From: a candidate division WOR-3 bacterium
GTDB lineage: Bacteria; Hydrothermota; Tepidihabitantia; Tepidihabitantales; Tepidihabitantaceae
Direction: 5' to 3'
DNA: 64,000 bases
NCBI GenBank assembly: GCA_037441285.1
Contig: JBBISL010000001.1
Span: 84,611-148,610 of the forward strand
Shown piece by piece: positions 8,822 through 18,284 of the stretch. Position numbers and translations under genes: made by a program. The notes below the pieces were generated by a model. That model saw nothing but the letters and a program-made list of their open reading frames with translations, was not told the origin of the DNA and did no database searches. Each line of letters begins with the position of its first letter. The first letter of the stretch is position 1.

Positions 8822-10732
8822 GTGATAAAAATTACGGTTAATGGTGTTGTCCAGGAAGTCGAGCCCGGTATTACGGCTGGGGCAGCGTTGAATGATACAA
8901 AGGCACTGGCGGCGATGGTAAACGGCCGGCTGGTTGACCTTTCTTTTCCAATACGGGAAGATGCGGTAGTGACCCCCGTGTACTTCGATTCAAAGGAAGG
9001 GCGCGAGATATTCTGGCACTCGGCATCGCATTTGATGGCACAGGCGGTAAAACAACTTTATCCGGAAGCGAAGGTTACCATTGGTCCGGCAGTTCCCGAA
9101 GGGTTTTACTATGATTTTGATGTCCCCAAGCCTTTCAATGAAGAAGATTTACCCAGGATAGAAGAACGCATGCGCGAACTGTCACGGCAGCAAATACCGA
9201 TTGTTCATAAATTTTTACCGAGAGAAGAGGCAATAGAACTGTTTCGGCAGCGGGGAGAGACCTACAAATTGGAGATTATCGCAGAAATACCTGATGAAGA
9301 GATTTCGGTTTACGAACAAGGCGATTTTGTGGACCTCTGCCGAGGACCGCATCTCCCAGACACGGGAAAAATCAAGGCGATAAAACTTTTAAGCGTTGCT
9401 GGGGCTTACTGGCGCGGCGATGAAAAGAACCGAATGCTATCGCGGATTTACGGCGTAGCATTTCCTGATGATAATTTGCTAAAAGAGTGGCTGGAGCGCA
9501 TCGAAGAAGCTAAGCGCCGTGACCATCGAAAACTGGGACCGGCTCTGGATTTATTCAGTTTCCATGAAGAGGCGGGCGCCGGTTTAGTGTTCTGGCATCC
9601 TAAGGGTGCAACGGTGCGCCGGCTCATCCAGGATTACTGGGAAAAAGAGCATCTTACCGCTGGCTATCAGTTGGTAGTAACTCCCCATATCGCCCGGGCG
9701 CAACTGTGGCGGCAGTCAGGACATTTTGATTATTATCGGGAAAATATGTATGTCCTGCCGGTGGAAAAGGAGGAGTATGTATTAAAACCAATGAACTGTC
9801 CTGGACATATTCTCATTTACCGCACAAAAGTCCACTCCTATCGGGATTTACCCCTTCGCTTGGCAGAATGGGGGACAGTATATCGATATGAACGTTCTGG
9901 TGTGCTCCATGGAACAATGCGCGTCCGCGGCTTCACGCAGGATGATGCCCATATATTCTGCACCCAGGAGCAGGTTGGTGAAGAAATACACGGTGTGATT
10001 TCTTTATCGCTTAAAATGCTACGCCAATTTGGCTTCGAGAAATTTAGCGTGGCCCTTTCCGTGCGCGACCCAAAACATCCCGAAAATTATCTGGGTACTG
10101 ATGAACAGTGGTCTGTAGCGGAAAATGCTTTGGTCAATACTTTGAAACGACTGGGATTGGACTTTTCCCGCGCTGAAGGCGAAGCCGTCTTCTATGGTCC
10201 CAAAATTGATATCCATCTTGCCGATTCATTAGGAAGAGAGTTTCAATGTGCCACCTGTCAATTTGATTTTAATCTTGCCCAGAAATTCAATGTTTACTAT
10301 ATGAATAATAATGGCGAACACTTGCCGGCTTATCTTGTTCATCGGACCGTCCTTGGTAGTATCGAGCGGTTTGTCGGAATCTTGATTGAACATTACGGTG
10401 GTGCTTTTCCAACCTGGCTGGCACCGGTTCAAGCGTGTGTTTTGACCGTGACCGACAAGGAAGCAGATTACGCCCATGAGATTGTTGCAATGTTAAAAAA
10501 GGAAAATGTCAGAGTTGAAATTGATTTAAATAATGATAAAATTAGTTATAAAATAGGTGAAGCGGAAAGACAAAAAATTCCTTTTATGCTGGTCGTTGGC
10601 GCCAAAGAAAAGGCAACCAATACGGTTTCTCTACGCCGACGCGGTAAAGGGAATCTTGGCAATATGCCGCTGGAAAGAGTATTGGAACAAATAAAGGAGG
10701 AAACCTCTGGAAGAGCAACAGGAAAAGATTAA
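8822..10732 (+). CDS. thrS: threonine--tRNA ligase
   Basis: GTG start, TGS domain IKITVNG, the editing-domain motif HSASHLMAQA, and class II motifs including HRTVLGSIERF. Confidence 0.96.
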   Translation: MIKITVNGVVQEVEPGITAGAALNDTKALAAMVNGRLVDLSFPIREDAVVTPVYFDSKEGREIFWHSASHLMAQAVKQLYPEAKVTIGPAVPEGFYYDFDVPKPFNEEDLPRIEERMRELSRQQIPIVHKFLPREEAIELFRQRGETYKLEIIAEIPDEEISVYEQGDFVDLCRGPHLPDTGKIKAIKLLSVAGAYWRGDEKNRMLSRIYGVAFPDDNLLKEWLERIEEAKRRDHRKLGPALDLFSFHEEAGAGLVFWHPKGATVRRLIQDYWEKEHLTAGYQLVVTPHIARAQLWRQSGHFDYYRENMYVLPVEKEEYVLKPMNCPGHILIYRTKVHSYRDLPLRLAEWGTVYRYERSGVLHGTMRVRGFTQDDAHIFCTQEQVGEEIHGVISLSLKMLRQFGFEKFSVALSVRDPKHPENYLGTDEQWSVAENALVNTLKRLGLDFSRAEGEAVFYGPKIDIHLADSLGREFQCATCQFDFNLAQKFNVYYMNNNGEHLPAYLVHRTVLGSIERFVGILIEHYGGAFPTWLAPVQACVLTVTDKEADYAHEIVAMLKKENVRVEIDLNNDKISYKIGEAERQKIPFMLVVGAKEKATNTVSLRRRGKGNLGNMPLERVLEQIKEETSGRATGKD

Positions 10733-11255
10733 AGATTTCTATAAGGACCGACCAAAAGCAAATGAGCAGATTCGGGTTCCTTATGTGCGAGTAATTGGGG
10801 TTGACAAAAAGCCAATCGGGATTATGCCAACGCGCGAAGCGATTGCACTGGCGCGACGGCAAAACCTCGACCTGGTAATGTTAGCCCCAAAAGAAGAACC
10901 ACCGGTATGTGGCATTATGGACTATGGTCGGCACCTTTATGAACAAAAGGCAAAACAACGGGAGTCGAAAAAGAAACAGCATCAGACTCAGGTTCGAGAA
11001 ATCAGGATGAAGATGAAAATTGACCGGCACGACTACGAGGTAAAACTCAAGAAAATGCGCGAGTTTTTTGCCGCCCGAGACCGCGTTCGACTTACCCTGT
11101 GGTTACGAGGTAGGGAAGTTCTCCATACCGACTTGGCTTATCAACTCATCGACCGAATACGACAAGACCTTGCTGATGTTGCAAAGGTAGAAGGGAACAT
11201 TAAGTTACAAACCGAAGGAAAAAAATCTATTCAATTGATGTTGGTGCCCAAATGA
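10728..11255 (+). CDS. infC: translation initiation factor IF-3, predicted non-AUG (ATT) start
   Basis: The conserved IF-3 N-terminus NEQIRVPYVRVIGVDKKPIGIM lies upstream of the first ATG (10785). The frame is open back to 10695. ATT at 10728 overlaps the thrS stop; CTG at 10707 is an alternative start. Confidence 0.88.
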   Translation: MKDFYKDRPKANEQIRVPYVRVIGVDKKPIGIMPTREAIALARRQNLDLVMLAPKEEPPVCGIMDYGRHLYEQKAKQRESKKKQHQTQVREIRMKMKIDRHDYEVKLKKMREFFAARDRVRLTLWLRGREVLHTDLAYQLIDRIRQDLADVAKVEGNIKLQTEGKKSIQLMLVPK

Positions 11256-11452
11256 AACAGAAAATTAAAACTTTAAGTTCACTAAAAAAACGCCTCAAAT
11301 GTTCCGCTAATAAGAAATACCTTCATCGCCATAGCGGAACAAGCCATAATAACAGCGCCAAAAGCAATAAATGTAAACGACGGCTACATCGTACGGCAAT
11401 AGTCGATAAAGCACGAGTCAAGGCAATAAAAAAACTTGTTCCTTACTTATAA
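11252..11452 (+). CDS. rpmI: 50S ribosomal protein L35
   Basis: It is 66 aa, highly basic, starts MKQKIKTLSSLKKRLK, and sits in infC-rpmI-rplT order with an ATGA overlap to infC. Confidence 0.9.
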   Translation: MKQKIKTLSSLKKRLKCSANKKYLHRHSGTSHNNSAKSNKCKRRLHRTAIVDKARVKAIKKLVPYL

Positions 11453-11464
11453 CAGGAGAGCATA

Positions 11465-11824
11465 ATGGCACGAGTTAAAACAGGACCAGCAACCAGAAAA
11501 CGACGCAAAAAATGGTTGAAGCAGGCAAAAGGTTACTGGGGAGGAAAATCCCGTTTATACAAAACTGCCCGGCTGCAGGTAATGCATGGCTTATTGAGCG
11601 CTTACCGGGATCGTAAGCAGAAAAAGCGAGTTTTCCGGGCATTAATGATAACCAGAATTAATGCCGCACTCCGTCCATATGACTTGAGTTACAGCCGATT
11701 TATGCATGGTATTAAACTGGCCGGAGTGGAACTTGACCGGAGTATTCTTTCCGAAGTTGCGATTAAATCCCCTGATGACTTTGCCCAGCTGGTCGCGCTG
11801 GCAAAACAACACCTCTCAAGTTAA
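11465..11824 (+). CDS. rplT: 50S ribosomal protein L20
   Basis: MARVKTGPATRKRRKKWLKQAKGYWG is the canonical L20 N-terminus. Confidence 0.95.
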   Translation: MARVKTGPATRKRRKKWLKQAKGYWGGKSRLYKTARLQVMHGLLSAYRDRKQKKRVFRALMITRINAALRPYDLSYSRFMHGIKLAGVELDRSILSEVAIKSPDDFAQLVALAKQHLSS

Positions 11825-11847
11825 ACCTGGGTTTGGCTTAAATTAAA

Positions 11848-11922
<75 letters not shown>

Positions 11923-11978
11923 ATACATCTATTCTATTTGAATCCTATAACAAATTAATTATAAAGTCAAGAAGGTTT

Positions 11979-12401
11979 TTATTCTAAGGGGACTTCGCTA
12001 ATATATATTTTTTCCAATGCCAATGAAGGAAGTTGATAAACAAGTTGCGCTTGCCAGCCGGCAATGATACGAGATTGAGGATTAGAAGCATAATAACGAA
12101 TAATAATACGCTGATTAATCGAATCGTACCCGGTGTAATTGTACTTTATCGGCTGCGGTAGAGAGATACCTAACTTTGTTTCCAACTCAAGGTGAAGGAG
12201 AAAACGATGTTTTTCTCCGTCCTTTATCAGGTGGGTAATTCCTTTTTTCTTTATCTCGTCTTCGGACATAAGTCGAAAGTAGTACGGATACCTGTCAATT
12301 TGAACTGCTTGATTTGACGATAATATAAAACTTCGAATCTGAGAACCGGTATTACAGGCAAAGCAGAGTAACAAAATAAGTCTTTTAAGAAGTCGACGCA
12401 T
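11979..12401 (-). CDS. hypothetical secreted protein or lipoprotein
   Basis: N-terminal signal MRRLLKRLILLLCFACNTG. I recognise no family. Confidence 0.45.
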   Translation of the reverse strand: MRRLLKRLILLLCFACNTGSQIRSFILSSNQAVQIDRYPYYFRLMSEDEIKKKGITHLIKDGEKHRFLLHLELETKLGISLPQPIKYNYTGYDSINQRIIIRYYASNPQSRIIAGWQAQLVYQLPSLALEKIYISEVPLE

Positions 12402-12494
12402 CGTGATTAATGTATTTTAACCCCCGGTTTATTTACAGTCAATTCAACGATATCGCAAAAAAAACTTTTATTCTTTTCCTGGCAAAATTTCCCT

Positions 12495-12522
12495 TTGACC
12501 CGAACATCGTGCGTTATATAAT
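12495..12522 (+). promoter_or_regulatory. sigma70-type promoter abutting the start codon (leaderless prediction)
   Basis: TTGACC 12495-12500, 16-nt spacer, TATAAT 12517-12522, ATG at 12529 (6-nt gap). Confidence 0.6.
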
Positions 12523-12528
12523 TTCATC

Positions 12529-13491
12529 ATGCAAATCGGGCTATGCCGCGCGCTCCACACATTTCACCATTTTGCTTTGTGGAACAGATTTTTAAAAGAA
12601 CTCGGTTTTGAAGTAGTCCTGACTCCCGGAACAACTTTCCAAATGGTTGAAGAAGGACTAAAAGTAGCACCCCCTGAATTATGTCTCCCGGTCAAGGTAT
12701 TCCTTGGTCACATAACGATTTTACAACAAAAGGTGGACGCCATATTAATTCCACGATTGGTGTGTCGAAAAATCGGCAATGATTTTTATTTTGGATGCCC
12801 CAAAGCACTTGCCCTTCCCGATTTGACCAGAGCCATTTTCCCAAATTTAAATGAAATTGTAGAATTAATCATCGACGAAAGAATCTTTTCCGAAACAACC
12901 GCATTAGTCCATCTTGCCCGCAAATTGAAAGTGAAAAAGGAGGAAGCATTAGCAGCTTGCGAGATGGCAAAAAGAACTGCACGGGCGGCTGACGAGTTAA
13001 CGCGCCAGATGGCAACGCCAATTCATCTCGTCAATCAACGAAGCAACGCACCCTTTTCAAGGGAAAATTATCTCGGGCTTAAAATCGGCCTAATTGGCCA
13101 TCCTTACCTTTTGTTTGATGAATACCTGAACGGCGGAATTTTCAAATTCATCAAATCCTGTGGCGCCGAACCGGTTGTCTTATTCCCTGAGGAGAACCAG
13201 ATTATCCAGAATGCCCTGGCTAAAAACACCCCTAATTGGTATTACGAACTGGAATTAATTACCAGTGCCCGACAACTGGTTCGGGACAAAACCATCAGTG
13301 GGTTGATTTTATTCTCTAACTTTGCCTGTGGTACCGGTTCAGTTGTAAATGAACTAATACGGCGCGAAGTTGCTTCAGGAAGAAACATCCCGATCCTTAC
13401 GCTTCTTATTGATGAGCATACCGGTGAAACTGGATTAAAAACAAGGCTGGAAGCATTTGTTGATTTGCTTAAGGTTAGAAGACAACGGTAA
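12529..13491 (+). CDS. acyl-CoA dehydratase activase-related protein (DUF2229-like), subunit 1
   Basis: The N-terminus MQIGLCRALHTFHHFALWNRFLKELGFEVVL, the ELCLPVK motif and the C-terminal LLIDEHTGETGLKTRLEAF match my recollection of the uncharacterised domains normally fused to BcrAD/BadFG activase ATPases. Confidence 0.6.
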   Translation: MQIGLCRALHTFHHFALWNRFLKELGFEVVLTPGTTFQMVEEGLKVAPPELCLPVKVFLGHITILQQKVDAILIPRLVCRKIGNDFYFGCPKALALPDLTRAIFPNLNEIVELIIDERIFSETTALVHLARKLKVKKEEALAACEMAKRTARAADELTRQMATPIHLVNQRSNAPFSRENYLGLKIGLIGHPYLLFDEYLNGGIFKFIKSCGAEPVVLFPEENQIIQNALAKNTPNWYYELELITSARQLVRDKTISGLILFSNFACGTGSVVNELIRREVASGRNIPILTLLIDEHTGETGLKTRLEAFVDLLKVRRQR

Positions 13492-13494
13492 AGT

Positions 13495-14592
13495 ATGAAA
13501 GTCGCATTTCCCTATATGGGAGATATCCATCTGGTGTTGGAACCGATTTTACGTACCCTCGGCGCTGATGTAGTTGTTCCGCCCGAACCAAATAAAAATA
13601 CCGTAGCAATCGGCACCCAGCTTGCTCCTGAAACCATCTGTCTTCCCTTTAAAATTACATTGGGTAATATGCTAAACGCACTAAAATCAGGCGCTGACAC
13701 TTTAGTGTATGTAAGCGGTTCGTGGTCCTGCCGATTTGGTTACTACGGCCGGCTGCAGGCTGACATTTTACACGACTTAGGGTATCGGTTCCGGTTAATT
13801 GAACTGCGTCGTGACCGTATCCAAGAAATTGTCAGGACGGTGGTCGAATTAAACAATGGTAGTTTATCTCGGGCAGTTACCAGAACCTTTAAGGCGTTTC
13901 GATTGGGATGGTGGAAAGCGATGACATTGGAGAAAACTTACAAAGCGCTCCGAGAAACGCTTCCGTTAGTAAAACAACCTGAAAGGTGCCACCGACTTTT
14001 CGACGAAATTATGAATGAAATTACCCGAGCCCAAGCGGTAAAAGAGTTACAGGATATCTCAGCATCAATTGCCCACCGTTTTGGAAACCTACCGCGAAAC
14101 GGCCGGACCAGTGTTCTCAAAATCAAACTAATCGGCGAAAGTTACTGCACGATAGAACCGTTTGCTAATTTTAATATTATAAAACGCGTAGGGGAGATGG
14201 GAGGCATTCTCGAGCCGTTTCTTACTGCTCCGCGCTGGCTCGGGTTTCACGGCTTCCGGATTGGCAAAAATGAAATAACCTTCGTCCAGAATACGGCAAA
14301 AAATTATTGGCGCTATTGTGTGGGCGGAGAAGATGCCAACTCGGTGGGGCATATGATTCTTGCCCCTCGCGAAGGTTACGATGGTGTAATTCATATCCAT
14401 CCTTTTGCGTGTATGCCCAGCACCGTAGTACAGCCGACCCTTATGAAAATCAGCCAGGAGTACAACATTCCCTTTCTCTCCCTTTCTGTAGATGAGCATA
14501 CCAGCGAGGCTGGTTTTATCACTCGTCTCGAAGCATTTATTTCTCTTTTGGAACGAAGAAGGGCATTGGCCAAGAAATCTTTGACAGATTAA
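13495..14592 (+). CDS. acyl-CoA dehydratase activase-related protein (DUF2229-like), subunit 2
   Basis: Motifs PYMGDIHLVLEPILRTLG, ETICLPFK and C-terminal SVDEHTSEAGFITRLEAF. It looks paralogous to the preceding gene. Confidence 0.6.
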   Translation: MKVAFPYMGDIHLVLEPILRTLGADVVVPPEPNKNTVAIGTQLAPETICLPFKITLGNMLNALKSGADTLVYVSGSWSCRFGYYGRLQADILHDLGYRFRLIELRRDRIQEIVRTVVELNNGSLSRAVTRTFKAFRLGWWKAMTLEKTYKALRETLPLVKQPERCHRLFDEIMNEITRAQAVKELQDISASIAHRFGNLPRNGRTSVLKIKLIGESYCTIEPFANFNIIKRVGEMGGILEPFLTAPRWLGFHGFRIGKNEITFVQNTAKNYWRYCVGGEDANSVGHMILAPREGYDGVIHIHPFACMPSTVVQPTLMKISQEYNIPFLSLSVDEHTSEAGFITRLEAFISLLERRRALAKKSLTD

Positions 14593-14628
14593 AGAGTTCC
14601 TCTATAATTTAAAGAAAAGAAGGTAAAA

Positions 14629-15585
14629 ATGAAATTTGTGTATTCAGAACGGTATCGATTTGATGTTGGAGTTCATGTATTTCCCACTGAAAAGTACAAA
14701 ATGGTCCGCGAAGGGTTATTAGCAGAAGGCCTTGCCCGCGTTGAAGATTTTGTTGAACCACCAGAGCCTTCTGTTGATGACATTCGTCTCGTGCATACCA
14801 AGGAGTACGTTGATGACCTACTGAACCTCCGCTGGACCGCACGCACGGTGCGTTCGGAATTACCTCTTACCTGGGAAATTGTCCAGGGGTTTTTCCTTCA
14901 TGCATCAGGGACAATTCTTGCCTGTCAACTCGCATTAAATGATGGCGTAGCAATGAATATCGGCGGCGGCTTTCATCATGCATTCGCGGAACATGGAGAA
15001 GGTTTTTGCTACATTAACGATATTGCGGTAGCGATTAAAAAACTTCAAAAAGACGGTAAGCTGGAAAGGGCCGCGGTAATTGATTGTGACTTACATCAAG
15101 GAAATGGAACCGCCCGGATTTTTCAAAATGATCCCCGGGTCTACACTTTTTCTATTCACCAGGAGCATCTTTACCCAATCAAAGAACGTTCGGACTGGGA
15201 TATTGGACTCGAAGACGAAACCGGAGACGAAGAGTATAATCGTTTAATGAAGGAAGCGGTTCCCAAAATTATCTCAGAACATCGCCCTCAACTGGTTGTC
15301 TACGTGGCAGGAGCCGACCCTTATTTCAACGACCAGTTAGGAACCTTAAAATTGACAAAACGCGGCCTTGCCTTAAGAGACCGAATTGTTCTGGAACACT
15401 GCCATAAGGCTGGTATACCGGTTGCAACAGTTCTTGCCGGGGGATATGCCCTTGATACCAAAGACACTGCCGAAATCCATATTAACACGGCGAAAGAATG
15501 CCTTAGAGTGCTCGGCCAGCTGCCATCTAAATTAACAGAAGAAAGCCGCTCTAATCCCAACGAATCAGAAACCGCCAGCGCTTGA
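14629..15585 (+). CDS. histone deacetylase-family (arginase/deacetylase fold) protein
   Basis: Motifs GGGFHHAFAEHGEGFCYIND, DCDLHQGNGT and GADPYFND. Confidence 0.85.
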   Translation: MKFVYSERYRFDVGVHVFPTEKYKMVREGLLAEGLARVEDFVEPPEPSVDDIRLVHTKEYVDDLLNLRWTARTVRSELPLTWEIVQGFFLHASGTILACQLALNDGVAMNIGGGFHHAFAEHGEGFCYINDIAVAIKKLQKDGKLERAAVIDCDLHQGNGTARIFQNDPRVYTFSIHQEHLYPIKERSDWDIGLEDETGDEEYNRLMKEAVPKIISEHRPQLVVYVAGADPYFNDQLGTLKLTKRGLALRDRIVLEHCHKAGIPVATVLAGGYALDTKDTAEIHINTAKECLRVLGQLPSKLTEESRSNPNESETASA

Positions 15586-16772
15586 ATCGTTATTCTGGCT
15601 CTGGGGAAAGCAATCGCCCGCGGTCAAGACATATTTGTATGATAACCTCGTCGCATCCGGTTGAATATAGTAGATTCTGGGACCGAGAAGCTCATTCGCT
15701 CCATCGGAATGGTTATCAGGTTACACTAATTGGATTGGGAAAAGAATTCAAGGTGGAATATCCTGACGGTATCAAAACTGTTTCAGTTCCGGCACGACAG
15801 CACTGGGACAAAATTGCTCTTCTCAAAGATATCGCCCGGCTGGCTTTACAAGAAAGTGCCGATGTCTATCAATGCCTCGACCCCTGGTGTCTGGCTATTG
15901 GTCTCTGGTTAAAACGGTTTTTCCCCCACATTCATCTTGTATATGAATCAAGCGAATGGTTTCCCCAAACATATCTTGATCGGCAAGACCTTCCATTCCC
16001 CTTGCGCTGGCTGAGCTGGTTATTGGTCAGTTATCTGGAATACACCGCAAGTTCCCGGGCCGAGGCGATTATTGAAACTAATTATACAAGAGCACACCGT
16101 TTTGTGCGACGCGGTCGAGTTCCGATTCAGGTTCCCAATTATCCTCCGCTCGAACGCATCGGAACCCCCTTAGAAAAACGGAACCCCTGGTTTGTTTATA
16201 CCGGGCTCGTATGTCGCCCCCGTGGTTTTGACCGGCTTCTTAAGGCGCTGGCACTGGTTATTAAACAAGGCTTTCATGAAGTAAAATTGATCGTCAGGGG
16301 TGAATTTGACCAGCGCGATGATATTGAAATATGGACAAAGGAGTACATAAATCGTCAGGCACTAACTGATAATGTGGTTTTTCTCCCAGCAATCCCGTCT
16401 TATGCAGGGGTATTTGATATTATAAAACCCTGTCTCGCAGGGCTAATTTTATTTCAACCGAAGCGGGGAAATGACTGGACCAATCAACCCAACAAGCTTT
16501 TCGAGTTCATGGGCTGTGGCTTATCGGTTATCGCCAGTAATTTTCCGGAAATTGCCCGAGTAGTAAACGAATCAAAATGTGGATGGCTTGTCGACCCCAC
16601 TCAACCCGAAGCGATTGCCGAAGCAATGGTTGCTGTTCTTGAAAAACCGGCAGACAGTATCGAGCGAGGTCTGGCGGGTCGAAAAGCGGTAGAGGAAAAA
16701 TACAACTGGGGCGTTGCGGAAAAATCATTGTTGGATATGTACCATGCTATTTTCTCAAAAACCGGGGGTTAA
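15582..16772 (+). CDS. glycosyltransferase family 4
   Basis: GT-B fold signature ...NKLFEFMGCGLSVIASN... in the C-terminal half. The ORF-track TTG start at 15582 is uncertain and ATG 15639 (MITSSHPVEY) is more plausible. Confidence 0.75.
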   Translation: MNRYSGSGESNRPRSRHICMITSSHPVEYSRFWDREAHSLHRNGYQVTLIGLGKEFKVEYPDGIKTVSVPARQHWDKIALLKDIARLALQESADVYQCLDPWCLAIGLWLKRFFPHIHLVYESSEWFPQTYLDRQDLPFPLRWLSWLLVSYLEYTASSRAEAIIETNYTRAHRFVRRGRVPIQVPNYPPLERIGTPLEKRNPWFVYTGLVCRPRGFDRLLKALALVIKQGFHEVKLIVRGEFDQRDDIEIWTKEYINRQALTDNVVFLPAIPSYAGVFDIIKPCLAGLILFQPKRGNDWTNQPNKLFEFMGCGLSVIASNFPEIARVVNESKCGWLVDPTQPEAIAEAMVAVLEKPADSIERGLAGRKAVEEKYNWGVAEKSLLDMYHAIFSKTGG

Positions 16773-16775
16773 AAA

Positions 16776-18284
16776 TTGGTATTATTGAAAAAGCCGGACA
16801 ATCATCTTGAAGATTTACTGAAACGAGAAGGAATACTGTATCAGTTAAACAACCGAACCGGTAAATATCTATTTATCACCCAGACTGCAAACCAATTAAT
16901 AATATCTAATTTCCCGGACGTTCCCACCGAAATCAAATCTTGCTTAAGAAAAATAAAATACATTGCCCCTGATAAATCAGGACTTCTTGATAAAGTAGGA
17001 ATCGTTGATATAAACGCTCACTGCCTGATTCCGGAGTTAGCAAATATTGGTATCAGTGACCGAGGGTCCAATGTGCTTTATTTAACCGAAGTTTTAGGTC
17101 AAGGAAAATGGCTTGTGATACCATTTTCTTTAAATGAATTGTTAAAACATCGAGGAATAACGCCTAAAAAATTTTGGGCTCGAGCCTCCCGTCTTCCTTA
17201 TGAGGATGTTGCCTTTACTGATAGAGGAGGAGTCCGCAGGTTATTTCTCGCCTGTCTCAAGCATCTCTGGGAGTTAAACAATCTCCCTTTTGTGAAAATT
17301 TCATGTAACCCGGGCATGTTTCTCTCGACATTTGCCTTCCGCGTGGATACAGATTACAGTTCCCCGACTTTAATCGAAAAGTCTTTGAGGTTATCAGAAA
17401 AAGTTGGGATGCGCTGGACCTGGTTTGTTACTACGGGCGATAAACCCGCTCAACTTAAAGCAATAATAAACATTCTCAAAGGACAGGATATTCAACTACA
17501 CTGCCATCGCCATCAGGTTTATGCCGATGTTGCGCAAAATAAGGCAAATTACGCTGAAGGCAAAGAAATACTGAGTCGATTGGGAATATCACCCCTTGGC
17601 GTTGCTGCACCCTTTGGCGAATGGAACGAAAACCTGCAACAAGCATTTGCCGAACTTGGTTTTAAATACTCCTCAGAGTTTGGCTATTCATATGACGACC
17701 TGCCCGAGCGACCATTAGTGAATGGACAGCGCAGTGCGGTACTGCAAATTCCCATACATCCAATTTCATTAGGAAGGCTTGCCGAAGCGAAAATGGAGCG
17801 AAAAAAAATATTTGACTATTATGCCCGAATAATAGATTTGCAATGTTCCCGTTTAGAGCCCTGCTTTCTTTATGACCATCCAAAGTGGATCGTATACTAT
17901 GAAGATGTCCTTAAAGACATCTTACAATACGGATTAGAACGATGTGGCAACTGGGTCACACTAACCGACTACTGCCACTGGTGGCAACTTCGCGAATCGG
18001 TTAATTATCAGTTGCAGTTCAAAGACGGCGGATTTGACTTAACAGTCGAACAAGCCATTCCGGAAATTAGTTTAGTCATAGAACATAGTAATCAAATTGC
18101 TTTCGTGCCAATTAAAAACCAGCCAACATGCTGGAACGAACTAAAGTGGATTGAAACTCCTCGAGTTAAGAAGTTTAACTCATATGAGTTATACACTCGG
18201 CGGGCAGATTTAATGATGCAAATAAAGAGGAGATTGCAAAACTACCGCAGAAGGATAAAAAACAGCGCACATCCAATATCATGA
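16776..18284 (+). CDS. hypothetical protein with a polysaccharide-deacetylase-like central domain
   Basis: The stretch FAFRVDTDYSS...WTWFVTTG...LHCHRHQ resembles the NodB or DUF2334-type deacetylase metal-site pattern. This is a weak, eye-level assignment, and the start is TTG. Confidence 0.4.
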   Translation: MVLLKKPDNHLEDLLKREGILYQLNNRTGKYLFITQTANQLIISNFPDVPTEIKSCLRKIKYIAPDKSGLLDKVGIVDINAHCLIPELANIGISDRGSNVLYLTEVLGQGKWLVIPFSLNELLKHRGITPKKFWARASRLPYEDVAFTDRGGVRRLFLACLKHLWELNNLPFVKISCNPGMFLSTFAFRVDTDYSSPTLIEKSLRLSEKVGMRWTWFVTTGDKPAQLKAIINILKGQDIQLHCHRHQVYADVAQNKANYAEGKEILSRLGISPLGVAAPFGEWNENLQQAFAELGFKYSSEFGYSYDDLPERPLVNGQRSAVLQIPIHPISLGRLAEAKMERKKIFDYYARIIDLQCSRLEPCFLYDHPKWIVYYEDVLKDILQYGLERCGNWVTLTDYCHWWQLRESVNYQLQFKDGGFDLTVEQAIPEISLVIEHSNQIAFVPIKNQPTCWNELKWIETPRVKKFNSYELYTRRADLMMQIKRRLQNYRRRIKNSAHPIS

